Source: the human T2T-CHM13v2.0 reference genome, Homo sapiens. Taken from it: 64,000 nt of DNA. The stretch is taken from the NCBI RefSeq assembly GCF_009914755.1, contig NC_060948.1; one strand, 5' to 3'. The position numbers and the translations under genes are program-made. Below are positions 37,847 to 57,197 of this stretch, piece by piece; within the stretch, counting starts at the first letter, position 1, and each line of letters starts with the position of its first letter. Below the pieces are notes generated by a model. It did no database searches. It saw only the letters and a program-made list of their open reading frames with translations, and had not been told where the DNA came from.

Positions 37847-39946
37847 AGATCCATATTTTTTAAATGAAAAAAAATTTCAAAGGTACTCTGCTTGGTACAA
37901 TAATCAAATGTATAAACTGAGGAATAAAACATAACCATGAAACCTACTTATAACTGCATATGGAAAATACAGAGGATATTTTTTTAAATAACATATTTTG
38001 AAAGCCTTAACTAGTAATTTGAAGAGTTGGCATTTGAAAGGCCAGTATGAATATACCTTCAAAGCAGCAACAGAGGTTCCCCATGAGAAAAAGCAAACAC
38101 AGGGAAAATAAAAACACAAAGGTTCAATCTCTTCTGACCTTTGAAAGACACAGCACAGACAGTGGTCCTTAGGACGAAGAGCAGGAGACCCCTAATTCCG
38201 TCACCATGGCGATAGGGCATAAACATTGCTGGGTGAGGGCACAATCCACATTGTGAGGTCCAACTGCTGCCAGGAAGACAGGAGTGCTTTTACATAGACC
38301 GAAAGGTCATTGAAGGCTCAGAGTTTTGTTTCAAGAACTGAATCCCAAGCCCACACGTTATTAGGCTGCGCTTCTTAAAACAAGTTATGAGATGGGAAAA
38401 AGGGCACCCACAAACATACGTATACATTATGTATATAATAATATACAGTATCATATATATAATATATATAACCTATGTATAATATTGTTTTACATCCTGC
38501 ATCTTATGTTATATATATTGTATAAAATATAATAATTGATAATATATAAGTTTTATAATTATACAATATGACATATGGTATATAATATAATTTATGACAT
38601 ATATAATATATGTTATATGTCATATATAGAATATATTATACGGTTAATATACGTATTAAATATAAATTATACATTATATATATTATATATATCTGTTATA
38701 TATAATACCCATTATGCATAATATATATATTATGTCTATGTTATATATAGTATAAAACAACATATAATAATATATAATTGTATATATAAAATGCGACATA
38801 TAATATATATTATATTTTATAACATATGTAATATATATTATATATTATATATAATACGTTGTATGTATAATACCTATATTAAATATATATTATATGACTA
38901 TGTTATTAATTACATGTCACATGTGTTATATATTATATATTTTACATAGAATATACCGGTTACATACAATATATACTATGTTACCTATAATGTATAATTT
39001 ATTACATGTAAAATAAATAATGCAATATATTATGTATATTTTATAATATACCATATGTGGAATGTGATATATATAACATATAATATATGATATATGATAT
39101 ACAGTATATGATATATAACATACAATATATGATTCCTAATATATATGGTATACAATATATATTTTATGATAAGTATTCTATATGTTTTATATTCTGTTAT
39201 ATATAACTATTTGAAATTATATATAACTGTATAATATTTTATGTAAATATGTAATATAATATATATAACTATATAATATATTATATATAACTATATATTA
39301 TGTTATATATACTTTTATAACATAATTTACATAAAATATCATAATATAATATATATTATATTATTTCATATTACATAATATATATTACATATCACCCAAT
39401 ATAACTAACATACATAATATTATAATATAGATTATATTGTGTTATATTAAATATCATATATATCATGTATCATATATTCTATAATATATATTACACATTA
39501 TATAATATGCATGTTGTCTATTATGTGATATATATAACTATATATATAATTATATTTTTATACATATAACTAGATAAACATGTAATTCTACATATTTTCA
39601 TTTATAATGTGTAGAAATATATAATCATATATAATTATTTATATTCTATAAAAAATTTTATCATTATATAAATTATAATATATAAAAATTATAATATGTA
39701 CTACAAATATATATATTATATATCATATATGATATAGTACCTTTGTTATATATCATAATACATATAAATGTGTATTATGTTATCTATAATTATATAATTT
39801 CATATATAAGATGTATAATATGTATCATATATTATATAAGTTATGTAATATATATAGTATATATAAGATGACACAGGATAAATATTATATACTATGACAT
39901 ATAAAATATATGAGGTTATATGTTACATATAAGGCATAGCACATAA

Positions 39947-40261
<315 letters not shown>

Positions 40262-42389
40262 AGATCCATATTTTTTAAATGAAAAAAAATTTCAAAGGTA
40301 CTCTGCTTGGTACAATAATCAAATGTATAAACTGAGGAATAAAACATAACCATGAAACCTACTTATAACTGCATATGGAAAATACAGAGGATAATTTTTT
40401 AAATAACATATTTTGAAAGCCTTAACTAGTAATTTGAAGAGTTGGCATTTGAAAGGCCAGTATGAATATACCTTCAAAGCAGCAACACAGGTTCCCCATG
40501 AGAAAAAGCAAACACAGGGAAAATAAAAACACAAAGGTTCAATCTCTTCTGACCTTTGAAAGACACAGCACAGACAGTGGTCCTTAGGACGAAGAGCAGG
40601 AGACCCCTAATTCCGTCACCATGGCGATAGGGCATAAACATTGCTGGGTGAGGACACAATCCACATTGTGAGGTCCAACTGCTGCCAGGAAGACAGGAGT
40701 GCTTTTACATAGACCGAAAGGTCATTGAAGGCTCAGAGTTTTGTTTCAAGAACTGAATCCCAAGCCCACACGATATTAGGCTGCGCTTCTTAAAACAAGT
40801 TATGAGATGGGAAAAAGGGCACCCACAAACATACGTATACATTATGTATATAATAATATACAGTATCATATATATAATATATATAACCTATGTATAATAT
40901 TGTTTTACATCCTGCATCTTATGTTATATATATTGTATAAAATATAATAATTGATAATATATAAGTTTTATAATTATACAATAAGACATATAGTATATAT
41001 TATAATTTGTGACATATATAATATATGTTATATGTCATATATAGAATATATTATACGGTTAATATACGTATTAAAAATAAATTATACATTATATATATTA
41101 TATATATTATATCTGTTATATATAATACCCATTATGCATAATATATATATTATGTCTATGTTATATATAGTATAAAACAACATATAATAATATATAATTG
41201 TATATATAAAATGCGACATATAATATATATTATATTTTATAACATATGTAATATATATTATATATTATATATAATACGTTGTATGTATAATACCTATATT
41301 AAATATATATTATATGACTATGTTATTAATTACATGTCACATGTGTTATATATTATATATTTTACATAGAATATACCGGTTACATACAATATATACTATG
41401 TTACCTATAATGTATAATTTATTACATGTAAAATAAAGAATGCAATATATTATGTATAATTTATAATATACCATATGTGGAATGTGATATATATAACATA
41501 TAATATATGATATATGATATACAGTATATGATATATAACATACAATATATGATTCCTAATATATATGGTATACAATATATATTTTATGATATGTATTCTA
41601 TATGTTTTATATTCTGTTATATATAACTATTTGAAATTATATATAACTGTATAATATTTTATGTAAATATGTAATATAATATATATAACTATATAATATA
41701 TTATATATAACTATATATTATGTTATATATACTTTTATAACATAATTTACATAAAATATCATAATATAATATATATTATATTATTTCATATTACATAATA
41801 TATATTACATATCACCCAATATAACTAACATACATAATATTATAATATAGATTATATTGTGTTATATTAAATATCATATATATCATGTATCATATATTCT
41901 ATAATATATATTACACATTATATAATATGTATGTTGTCTATTATGTGATATACATAACTATATATATAATTATATTTTTATACATATAACTAGATAAACA
42001 TGTAATTCTACATATTTTCATTTATAATATGTAGAATTATATAATCATATATAATTATTTATATTCTATAAAAAATTTTATCATTATATAAATTATAATA
42101 TATAAAAATTATAATATGTACTACAAATATATATGTTATATATCATATATGATATAGTACCTTTGTTATATATCATAATACATATAAATGTGTATTATGT
42201 TATCTATAATTATATAATTTCATATATAAGATGTATAATATGTATCATATATTATATATGTTATGTAATATATATAGTATATATAAGATGACACAGGATA
42301 AATATTATATACTATGACATATAAAATATATGAGGTTATATGTTACATATAAGGCATAGCACATAACATGTAATATATATCACATATAA

Positions 42390-42681
42390 TTTTTTTTTAG
42401 ACAGAATCTTGTCCTGTTGCACAGGGTGGGGTACAATGGCGCCATCTTTGCTCACTGCAACTTCTGCCTCACGGGTCCAAGCGATTGTCCTCCCTCAGCC
42501 TCCCAGGTAGCTGGGACTACACCACACTGGGACTACACCAGCTGCCACCATGCCTAGCTAATTTTTTGGATTTTTAGTAGTGACAGCGTTTCACTGTATT
42601 GGCCAGGATGGTCTTGATCTCTTCACCTTGTGATCCCCTTGCCTTGGCCTCCAAATTTGCTGGGATTACAGGCCTGAGCCA
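42390..42681 (-). mobile_element. Alu copy 18
   Basis: As copy 1. Confidence 0.95.
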
Positions 42682-44782
42682 AGATCCATATTTTTTAAAT
42701 GAAAAAAAATTTCAAAGGTACTCTGCTTGGTACAATAATCAAATGTATAAACTGAGGAATAAAACATAACCATGAAACCTACTTATAACTGCATATGGAA
42801 AATACAGAGGATAATTTTTTAAATAACATATTTTGAAAGCCTTAACTAGTAATTTGAAGAGTTGGCATTTGAAAGGCCAGTATGAATATACCTTCAAAGC
42901 AGCAACACAGGTTCCCCATGAGAAAAAGCAAACACAGGGAAAACAAAAACACAAAGGTTGAATCTCTTCTGACCTTTGAAAGACACAGCACAGACAGTGG
43001 TCCTTAGGACGAAGAGCAGGAGACCCCTAATTCCGTCACCATGGCGATAGGGCATAAACATTGCTGGGTGAGGGCACAATCCACATTGTGAGGTCCAACT
43101 GCTGCCAGGAAGACAGGAGTGCTTTTACATAGACCGAAAGGTCATTGAAGGCTCAGAGTTTTGTTTCAAGAACTGAATCCCAAGCCCACACGTTATTAGG
43201 CTGCGCTTCTTAAAACAAGTTATGAGATGGGAAAAAGGGCACCCACAAACATACGTATACATTACGTATATAATAATATACAGTATCATATATATAATAT
43301 ATATAACCTATGTATAATATTGTTTTACATCCTGCATCTTATGTTATATATATTGTATAAAATATAATAATTGATAATATATAAGTTTTATAATTATACA
43401 ATATGACATATAGTATATATTATAATTTATGACATATATAATATATGTTATATGTCATATATAGAATATATTATACGGTTAATATACGTATTAAATATAA
43501 ATTATACATTATATATATTATATATAATATATCTGTTATATATAATACCCATTATGAATAATATATATATTATGTCTATGTTATATATAGTATAAAACAA
43601 CATATAATAATATATAATTGTATATATAAAATGCGACATATAATATATATTATATTTTATAACATATGTAATATATATTATATATTATATATAATACGTT
43701 GTATGTATAATACCTATATTAAATATATATTATATGACTATGTTATTAATTACATGTCACATGTGTTATATATTATATATTTTACATAGAATATACCGGT
43801 TACATACAATATATACTATGTTACCTATAATGTATAATTTATTACATGTAAAATAAATAATGCAATATATTATGTATAATTTATAATATACCATATGTGG
43901 AATGTGATATATATAACATATAATATATGATATATGATATACAGTATATGATATATAACATACAATATATGATTCCTAATATATATGGTATACAATATAT
44001 ATTTTATGATATGTATTCTATATGTTTTATATTCTGTTATATATAACTATTTGAAATTATATATAACTGTATAATATTTTATGTAAATATGTAATATAAT
44101 ATATATAACTATATAATATATTATATATAACTATATATTATGTTATATATACTTTTATAACATAATTTACATAAAATATCATAATATAATATATATTATA
44201 TTATTTCATATTACATAATATATATTACATATCACCCAATATAACTAACATACATAATATTATAATATAGATTATATTGTGTTATATTAAATATCATATA
44301 TATCATGTATCATATATTCTATAATATATATTACACATTATATAATATGTATGTTGTCTATTATGTGATATATATAACTATATATATAATTATATTTTTA
44401 TACATATAACTAGATAAACTTGTAATTCTACATATTTTCATTTATAATATGTAGAATTATATAATCATATATAATTATATTCTATAAAAAATTTTATCAT
44501 TATATAAATTATAATATATAAAAATTATAATATGTACTACAAATATATATATTATATATCATATATGATATAGTACCTTTGTTATATATCATAATACATA
44601 TAAATGTGTATTATGTTATCTATAATTATATAATTTCATATATAAGATGTATAATATGTATCATATATTATATAAGTTATGTAATATATATAGTATATAT
44701 AAGATGACACAGGATAAATATTATATACTATGACATATAAAATATATGAGGTTATATGTTACATATAAGGCATAGCACATAA

Positions 44783-45097
<315 letters not shown>

Positions 45098-47225
45098 AGA
45101 TCCATATTTTTTAAATGAAAAAAAATTTCAAAGGTACTCTGCTTGGTACAATAATCAAATGTATAAACTGAGGAATAAAACATAACCATGAAACCTACTT
45201 ATAACTGCATATGGAAAATACAGAGGATAATTTTTTAAATAACATATTTTGAAAGCCTTAACTAGTAATTTGAAGAGTTGGCATTTGAAAGGCCAGTATG
45301 AATATACCTTCAAAGCAGCAACACAGGTTCCCCATGAGAAAAAGCAAACACAGGGAAAACAAAAACACAAAGGTTCAATCTCTTCTGACCTTTGAAAGAC
45401 ACAGCACAGACAGTGGTCCTTAGGACGAAGAGCAGGAGACCCCTAATTCCGTCACCATGGCGATAGGGCATAAACATTGCTGGGTGAGGGCACAATCCAC
45501 ATTGTGAGGTCGAACTGCTGCCAGGAAGACAGGAGTGCTTTTACATAGACCGAAAGGTCATTGAAGGCTCAGAGTTTTGTTTCAAGAACTGAATCCCAAG
45601 CCCACACGTTATTAGGCTGCGCTTCTTAAAACAAGTTATGAGATGGGAAAAAGGGCACCCACAAACATACGTATACATTATGTATATAATAATATACAGT
45701 ATCATATATATAATATATATAACCTATGTATAATATTGTTTTACATCCTGCATCTTATGTTATATATATTGTATAAAATATAATAATTGATAATATATAA
45801 GTTTTATAATTATACAATATGACATATAGTATATATTATAATTTATGACATATATAATATATGTTATATGTCATATATAGAATATATTATACGGTTAATA
45901 TACGTATTAAATATAAATTATACATTATATATATTATATATAATATATCTGTTATATATAATACCCATTATGCATAATATATATATTATGTCTATGTTAT
46001 ATATAGTATAAAACAACATATAATAATATATATTTGTATATATAAAATGCGACATAGAATATATATTATATTTTATAACATATGTAATATATATTATATA
46101 TTATATATAATACGTTGTATGTATAATACCTATATTAAATATATATTATATGACTATGTTATTAATTACATGTCACATGTGTTATATATTATATATTTTA
46201 CATAGAATATACCGGTTACATACAATATATACTATGTTACCTATAATGTATAATTTATTACATGTAAAATAAAGAATGCAATATATTATGTATAATTTAT
46301 AATATACAATATGTGGAATGTGATATATATAACATATAATATATGATATATGATATACAGCATATGATATATAACATACAATATATGATTCCTAATATAT
46401 ATGGTATACAATATATATTTTATGATATGTATTCTATATGTTTTATATTCTGTTATATATAACTATTTGAAATTATATATAACTGTATAATATTTTATGT
46501 AAATATGTAATATAATATATATAAATATATAATATATTATATATAACTATATATTATGTTATATATACTTTTATAACATAATTTACATAAAATATCCTAA
46601 TATAATATATATTATATTATTTCATATTACATAATATATAATACATATCACCCAATATAACTAACATACATAATATTATAATATAGATTATATTATGTTA
46701 TATTAAATATCATATATATCATGTATCATATATTCTATAATATGTATTACACATTATATAATATGTATGTTGTCTATTATGTGATATATATAACTATATA
46801 TATAATTATATTTTTATACATATAACTAGATAAACATGTAATTCTACATATTTTCATTTATAATATGTAGAATTATATAATCATATATAATTATTTATAT
46901 TCTATAAAAAATTTTATCATTATATAAATTATAATATATAAAAATTATAATATGTACTACAAATATATATATTATATATCATATATGATATAGTACCTTT
47001 GTTATATTTCATAATACATATAAATGTGTATTATGTTATCTATAATTATATAATTTCATATATAAGATGTATAATATGTATCATATATTATATATGTTAT
47101 GTAATATATATAGTATATATAAGATGACACAGGATAAATATTATATACTATGACTTATAAAATATATGAGGTTATATGTTACATATAAGTCATAGCACAT
47201 AACATGTAATATATATCATATTTAA

Positions 47226-47517
47226 TTTTTTTTTAGACAGAATCTTGTCCTGTTGCACAGGGTGGGGTACAATGGCGCCATCTTTGCTCACTGCAACTTC
47301 TGCCTCACGGGTCGAAGCGATTGTCCTCCCTCAGCCTCCCAGGTAGCTGGGACTACACCACACTGGGACTACAACAGCAGCCACCATGCCTAGCTAATTT
47401 TTTGGATTTTTAGTAGTGACAGCGTTTCACTGTATTGGCCAGGATGGTCTTGATCTCTTCACCTTGTGATCCCCTTGCCTTGGCCTCCAAATTTGCTGGG
47501 ATTACATGCCTGAGCCA
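47226..47517 (-). mobile_element. Alu copy 20
   Basis: As copy 1 with private variants GTCGAAG, ACAACAGCAG, ATTACATGCC. Confidence 0.95.
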
Positions 47518-49643
47518 AGATCCATATTTTTTAAATGAAAAAAAATTTCAAAGGTACTCTGCTTGGTACAATAATCAAATGTATAAACTGAGGAATAAAA
47601 CATAACCATGAAACCTACTTATAACTGCATATGGAAAATACAGAGGATAATTTTTTAAATAACATATTTTGAAAGCCTTAACTAGTAATTTGAAGAGCTG
47701 GCATTTGAAAGGCCTGTATGAATATACCTTCAAAGCAGCAACACAGGTTCCCCATGAGAAAAAGCAAACACAGGGAAAATAAAAACACAAAGGTTCAATC
47801 TCTTCTGACCTTTGAAAGACACAGCACAGACAGTGGTCCTTAGGACGAAGAGCAGGAGACCCCTAATTCCGTCACCATGGCGATAGGGCATAAACATTGC
47901 TGGGTGAGGGCACAATCCACATTGTGAGGTCCAACTGCTGCCAGGAAGACAGGAGTGCTTTTACATAGACCGAAAGGTCATTGAAGGCTCAGAGTTTTGT
48001 TTCAAGAAATGAATCCCAAGCCCACACGTTATTAGGCTGCGCTTCTTAAAACAAGTTATGAGATGGGAAAAAGGGCACCCACAAACATACGTATACATTA
48101 TGTATATAATAATATACAGTATCATATATATAATATATATAACCTATGTATAATATTGTTTTACATCCTGCATCTTATGTTATATATATTGTATAAAATA
48201 TAATAATTGATAATATATAAGTTTTATAATTATACAATATGACATATAGTATATATTATAATTTATGACATATATAATATATGTTATATGTCATATATAG
48301 AATATATTATACGGTTAATATACGTATTAAATATAAATTATACATTATATATATTATATATAATATATCTGTTATATATAATACCCATTATGCATAATAT
48401 ATATATTATGTCTATGTTATATATAGTATAAAACAACATATAATAATATATAATTGTATATAGAAAACGCGACATATAATATATATTATATTTTATGACA
48501 TATGTAATATATATTATATATTATATAAAATACGTTGTATGTATAATACCTATATTAAATATATATTATATGACTATGTTATTAATTACATGTCACATAT
48601 GTTATATATTATATATTTTACATAGAATATACCGGTTACATACAATATATACTATGTTACCTATAATGTATAATTGATTACATGTAAAATAAAGAATGCA
48701 ATATATTATATATAATTTATAATATACAATATGTGGAATGTGATATATATAACATATAATATATGATATATGATATACAGTGTATGATATATAACATACA
48801 ATATATGATACCTAATATATATGGTATACAATATATATTTTATGATATGTATTCTCTATGTTTTACATTCTGTTATATATAACTATTTGAAATTATATAT
48901 AACTGTATAATATTTTATGTAAATATGTAATATAATATATATAACTATATAATATATTATAAATAACTATATATTATGTTATATATACTTTTATAACATA
49001 ATTTACATAAAATATCATAATATAATATATATTATATTATTTCATATTACATAATATATATTACATATCACCCAATATAAGTAACATACATAATATTATA
49101 ATATAGAATATATTATGTTATATTAAATATCATATATATCATGTATCATATATGCTATAATATATATTAAACAATATATAATATGTATGTTGCCTATTAT
49201 GTGATATATATAGCTATATATATAATTATATTATTATACATATAACTAGATAAACATGTAATTCTACATATTTAGATTTATAATATATATAATTATATAA
49301 TCATATTTAATTATTTAAATTCTATAAAAAATTATATCATTATATAAATCATAATATATAATAATTATAATATGTACTAGAAATATATATTATATATCAT
49401 ATATGATATAGTACCTTTGTTATATATCATAATACATATAAATGTGTATTATGTTATCGATAATTATATAATTTCATATATAAGATATATAATATGTATT
49501 ATATATTATATATGTTATGCAATATATATAGTATATATAAGATGACACAGGATAAATATTATATACTATGACATATAAAATATATGAGGTTATATGTTAC
49601 ATATAAGGCATAGCACATAACATGTAATATATATCATATATAA

Positions 49644-49935
<292 letters not shown>

Positions 49936-52042
49936 AGATCCATATTTTTTAAATGAAAAAAAATTTCAAAGGTACTCTGCTTGGTACAATAATCAAATGT
50001 ATAAACTGAGGAATAAAACATAACCATGAAACCTACTTATAACTGCATATGGAAAATACAGAGGATAATTTTTTAAATAACATATTTTGAAAGCCTTAAC
50101 TAGTAATTTGAAGAGTTGGCATTTGAAAGGCCAGTATGAATATACCTTCAAAGCAGCAACACAGGTTCCCCATGAGAAAAAGGAAACTCAGGGAAAATAA
50201 AACCACAAAGGTTCAATCTCTTCTGACCTTTGAAAGACACAGCACAGACAGTGGTCCTTAGGACGAAGAGCAGGAGACCCCTAATTCCGTCACCATGGCG
50301 ATAGGGCATAAACACTGCTGGGTGAGGGCACAATCCACATTGTGAGGTCCAACTGCTGCCAGGAAGACAGGAGTGCTTTTACATAGACCGAAACGTCATT
50401 GAAGGCTCAGAGTTTTGTTTCAAGAACTGAATCCCAAGCCCACACGTTATTAGGCTGCGCTTCTTAAAACAAGTTATGAGATGGGAAAAAGGGCACCCAC
50501 AAACATACGTATACATTATGTATATAATAATATACAGTATCATATATGTAATATATATAACCTATGTATAATATTGTTTTACATCCTGCATCTTATGTTA
50601 TATATATTGTATAAAATATAATAATTGATAATATATAAGTTTTATAATTATACAATATGACATATAGTATATATTATAATTTATGACATATATAATATAT
50701 GTTATATATCATATATAGAATATATTATACGGTTAATATACATATTAAATATAAATTATACATTATATATATTATATATAATATATCTGTTATATATAAT
50801 ACCCATTATGCATAATATATATATTATGTCTATATTATATATATAGTATAAAACCACATATAATAATATATAATTGTATATATAAAATGCGACATATAAT
50901 ATATATTATATTTTATAACATATGTAATATATATTATATATTATATATAATACGTTGTATGTATAATACCTATATTAAATATTTATTATATGACTATGTT
51001 ATTAATTACATGTCACATGTGTTATATATTATATATTTTACATAGAATATACCGGTTACATACAATATATACTATGTTACCTATAATGTATAATTTCTTA
51101 CATGTAAAATAAAGAATGCAATATATTATGTATAATTTATAATATACAATATGTGGAATGTGATATATATAACATATAATATATGATATATGATATACAG
51201 TATATGATATATAACATACAATATATGATTCCTAATATATATGGTATACAATATATATTTTATGACATGTATTCTATATGTTTTATATTCTGTTATATAT
51301 AACTATTTGAAATTATATATAACTGTATAATATTTTATGTAAATATGTAATATAATATATATAACTATATAATATATTATATATAACTATATATTATGTT
51401 ATATATACTTTTATAACATAATTTGCATAAAATATCATAATATAATATATATTATATTATTTCATATTACATAATATATACTACATATCACCCAATATAA
51501 CTAACATACATAATATTATAATATAGATTATATTATGTTATATTAAATATCATATATATCATGTATCATATATTCTATAATATATATTACACATTATATA
51601 ATATGTATGTTGTCTATTATGTGATATATATAACTCTATATATAATTATATTATCATACATATAACTAGATAAACATGTAATTCTACATATTTTCATTTA
51701 TAATATGAAGAATTATATAATCATATATAATTATTTATATTCTATAAAAAATTTTATCATTATATAAATTATAATATATAAAAATTATAATATGTACTAC
51801 AAATATATATATTATATATCATATCTGATATAGTACCTTTGTTATATATCATAATACATATAAATGTGTATTATGTTATCTATAATTATATAATTTCATA
51901 TATAAGATGTATAATATGTATCATATATTATATATGTTATGTAATATATACAGTATATAGAAGATGACACAGGATAAATATTATATACTATGACATATAA
52001 AATATATGAGGTTATATGTTCCATATTAGGCATAGCACATAA

Positions 52043-52357
<315 letters not shown>

Positions 52358-54462
52358 AGATCCATATTTTTTAAATGAAAAAAAATTTCAAAGGTACTCT
52401 GCTTGGTACAATAATCAAATGTATAAACTGAGGAATAAAACATAACCATGAAACCTACTTATAACTGCATATGGAAAATACAGAGGATAATTTTTTAAAT
52501 AACATATTTTGAAAGCCTTAACTAGTAATTTGAAGAGCTGGCATTTGAAAGGCCTGTATGAATATACCTTCAAAGCAGCAACACAGGTTCCCCATGAGAA
52601 AAAGCAAACACAGGGAAAATAAAAACACAAAGGTTCAATCTCTTCTGACCTTTGAAAGACACAGCACAGACAGTGGTCCTTAGGACGAAGAGCAGGAGAC
52701 CCCTAATTCCGTCACCATGGCGATAGGGCATAAACATTGCTGGGTGAGGGCACAATCCACATTGTGAGGTCCAACTGCTGCCAGGAAGACAGGAGTGCTT
52801 TTACATAGACCGAAAGGTCATTGAAGGCTCAGAGTTTTGTTTCAAGAACTGAATCCCAAGCCCACACGTTATTAGGCTGCGCTTCTTAAAACAAGTTATG
52901 AGATGGGAAAAAGGGCACCCACAAACATACGTATACATTATGTATATAATAATATACAGTATCATATATATAATATATATAACCTATGTATAATATTGTT
53001 TTACATCCTGCATCTTATGTTATATATATTGTATAAAATATAATAATTGATAATATATAAGTTTTATAATTATACAATATGACATATAGTATATATTATA
53101 ATTTATGACATATATAATATATGTTATATATCATATATAGAATATATTATACGGTTAATATACGTATTAAATATAAATTATACATTATATATATTATATA
53201 TAATATATCTGTTATATATAATACCCATTATGCATAATATATATATTATGTCTATGTTATATATAGTATAAAACAACATATAATAATATATAATTGTATA
53301 TATAAAATGCGACATATAATATATATTATATTTTATAACATATGTAATATATATTATATATTATATATAATACGTTGTATGTATAATACCTATATTAAAT
53401 ATTTATTATATGACTATGTTATTAATTACATGTCACATGTGTTATATATTATATATTTTACATAGAATATACCGGTTACATACAATATATACTATGTTAC
53501 CTATAATGTATAATTTCTTACATGTAAAATAAAGAATGCAATATATTATGTATAATTTATAATATACAATATGTGGAATGTGATATATATAACATATAAT
53601 ATATGATATATGATATACAGTATATGATATATAACATACAATATATGATTGCTAATATATATGGTATACAATATATATTTTATGACATGTATTCTATATG
53701 TTTTATATTCTGTTATATATAACTATTTGAAATTATATATAACTGTATAATATTTTATGTAAATATGTAATATAATATATATAACTATATAATATATTAT
53801 ATATAACTATATATTATGTTATATATACTTTTATAACATAATTTGCATAAAATATCATAATATAATATATATTATATTATTTCATATTACATAATATATA
53901 TTACATATCACCCAATATAACTAACATACATAATATTATAATATAGATTATATTATGTTATATTAAATATCATATATATCATGTATCATATATTCTATAA
54001 TATATATTACACATTATATAATATGTATGTTGTCTATTATGTGATATATATAAATCTATATATAATTATATTATTATACATATAACTAGATAAACATGTA
54101 ATTCTACATATTTTCATTTATAATATGAAGAATTATATAATCATATATAATTATTTATATTCTATAAAAAATTTTATCATTATATAAATTATAATATATA
54201 AAAATTATAATATGTACTACAAATATATATATTATATATCATATCTGATATAGTACCTTTGTTATATATCATAATACATATAAATGTGTATTATGTTATC
54301 TATAATTATATAATTTCATATATAAGATGTATAATATGTATCATATATTATATATGTTATGTAATATATACAGTATATATAAGATGACACAGGATAAATA
54401 TTATATACTATGACATATAAAATATATGAGGTTATATGTTACATATTAGGCATAGCACATAA

Positions 54463-54777
<315 letters not shown>

Positions 54778-56882
54778 AGATCCATATTTTTTAAATGAAA
54801 AAAAATTTCAAACGTACTCTGCTTGGTACAATAATCAAATGTATAAACTGAGGAATACAACATAACCATGAAACCTACTTATAACTGCATATGGAAAATA
54901 CAGAGGATAATTTTTTAAATAACATATTTTGAAAGCCTTAACTAGTAATTTGAAGAGCTGGCATTTGAAAGGCCTGTATGAATATACCTTCAAAGCAGCA
55001 ACACAGGTTCCCCATGAGAAAAAGCAAACACAGGGAAAATAAAAACACAAAGGTTCAATCTCTTCTGACCTTTGAAAGACACAGCACAGACAGTGGTCCT
55101 TAGGACGAAGAGCAGGAGACCCCTAATTCCGTCACCATGGCGATAGGGCATAAACATTGCTGGGTGAGGGCACAATCCACATTGTGAGGTCCAACTGCTG
55201 CCAGGAAGACAGGAGTGCTTTTACATAGAGCGAAAGGTCATTGAAGGCTCAGAGTTTTGTTTCAAGAACTGAATCCCAAGCCCACACGTTATTAGGCTGC
55301 GCTTCTTAAAACAAGTTATGAGATGGGAAAAAGGGCACCCACAAACATACGTATACATTATGTATATAATAATATACAGTATCATATATATAATATATAT
55401 AACCTATGTATAATATTGTTTTACATCCTGCATCTTATGTTATATATATTGTATAAAATATAATAATTGATAATATATAAGTTTTATAATTATACAATAT
55501 GACATATAGTATATATTATAATTTATGACATATATACTATATGTTATATATCATATATAGAATATATTATACGGTTAATATACGTATTAAATATAAATTA
55601 TACATTATATATATTATATATAATATATCTGTTATATATAATACCCATTATGCATAATATATATATTATGTCTATGTTATATATAGTATAAAACAACATA
55701 TAATAATATATAATTGTATATATAAAATGCGACATATAATATATATTATATTTTATAACATATGTAATATATATTATATATTATATATAATACGTTGTAT
55801 GTATAATACCTATATTAAATATATATTATATGACTATGTTATTAATTACATGTCACATGTGTTATATATTATATATTTTACATAGAATATACCGGTTACA
55901 TACAATATATACTATGTTACCTATAATATATAATTTATTACATGTAAAATAAAGAATGCAATATATTATGTATAATTTATAATATACAATATGTGGAATG
56001 TGATATATATAACATATAATATATGATATATGATATACAGTATATGATATATAACATACAATATATGATTGCTAATATATATGGTATACAATATATATTT
56101 TATGACATGTATTCTATATGTTTTATATTCTGTTATATATAACTATTTGAAATTATATATAACTGTATAATATTTTATGTAAATATGTAATATAATATAT
56201 ATAACTATATAATATATTATATATAACTATATATTATGTTATATATACTTTTATAACATAATTTGCATAAAATATCATAATATAATATATATTATATTAT
56301 TTCATATTACATAATATATACTACATATCACCCAATATAACTAACATACATAATATTATAATATAGATTATATTATGTTATATTAAATATCATATATATC
56401 ATGTATCATATATTCTATAATATATATTACACATTATATAATATGTATGTTGTCTATTATGTGATATATATAACTCTATATATAATTATATTATCATACA
56501 TATAACTAGATAAACATGTAATTCTACATATTTTCATTTATAATATGAAGAATTATATAATCATATATAATTATTTATATTCTATAAAAAATTTTATCAT
56601 TATATAAATTATAATATATAAAAATTATAATATGTACTACAAATATATATATTATATATCATATCTGATATAGTACCTTTGTTATATATCATAATACATA
56701 TAAATGTGTATTATGTTATCTATAATTATATAATTTCATATATAAGATGTATAATATGTATCATATATTATATATGTTATGTAATATATACAGTATATAG
56801 AAGATGACACAGGATAAATATTATATACTATGACATATAAAATATATGAGGTTATATGTTCCATATTAGGCATAGCACATAA

Positions 56883-57197
<315 letters not shown>

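Noticed and set aside
40951-41175. 74-aa Ile/Tyr-rich ORF
   Set aside because: Low-complexity AT-repeat translation present in one unit only.
48495-48677. 60-aa Ile/Tyr-rich ORF
   Set aside because: Chance ORF in the AT block of the diverged unit.
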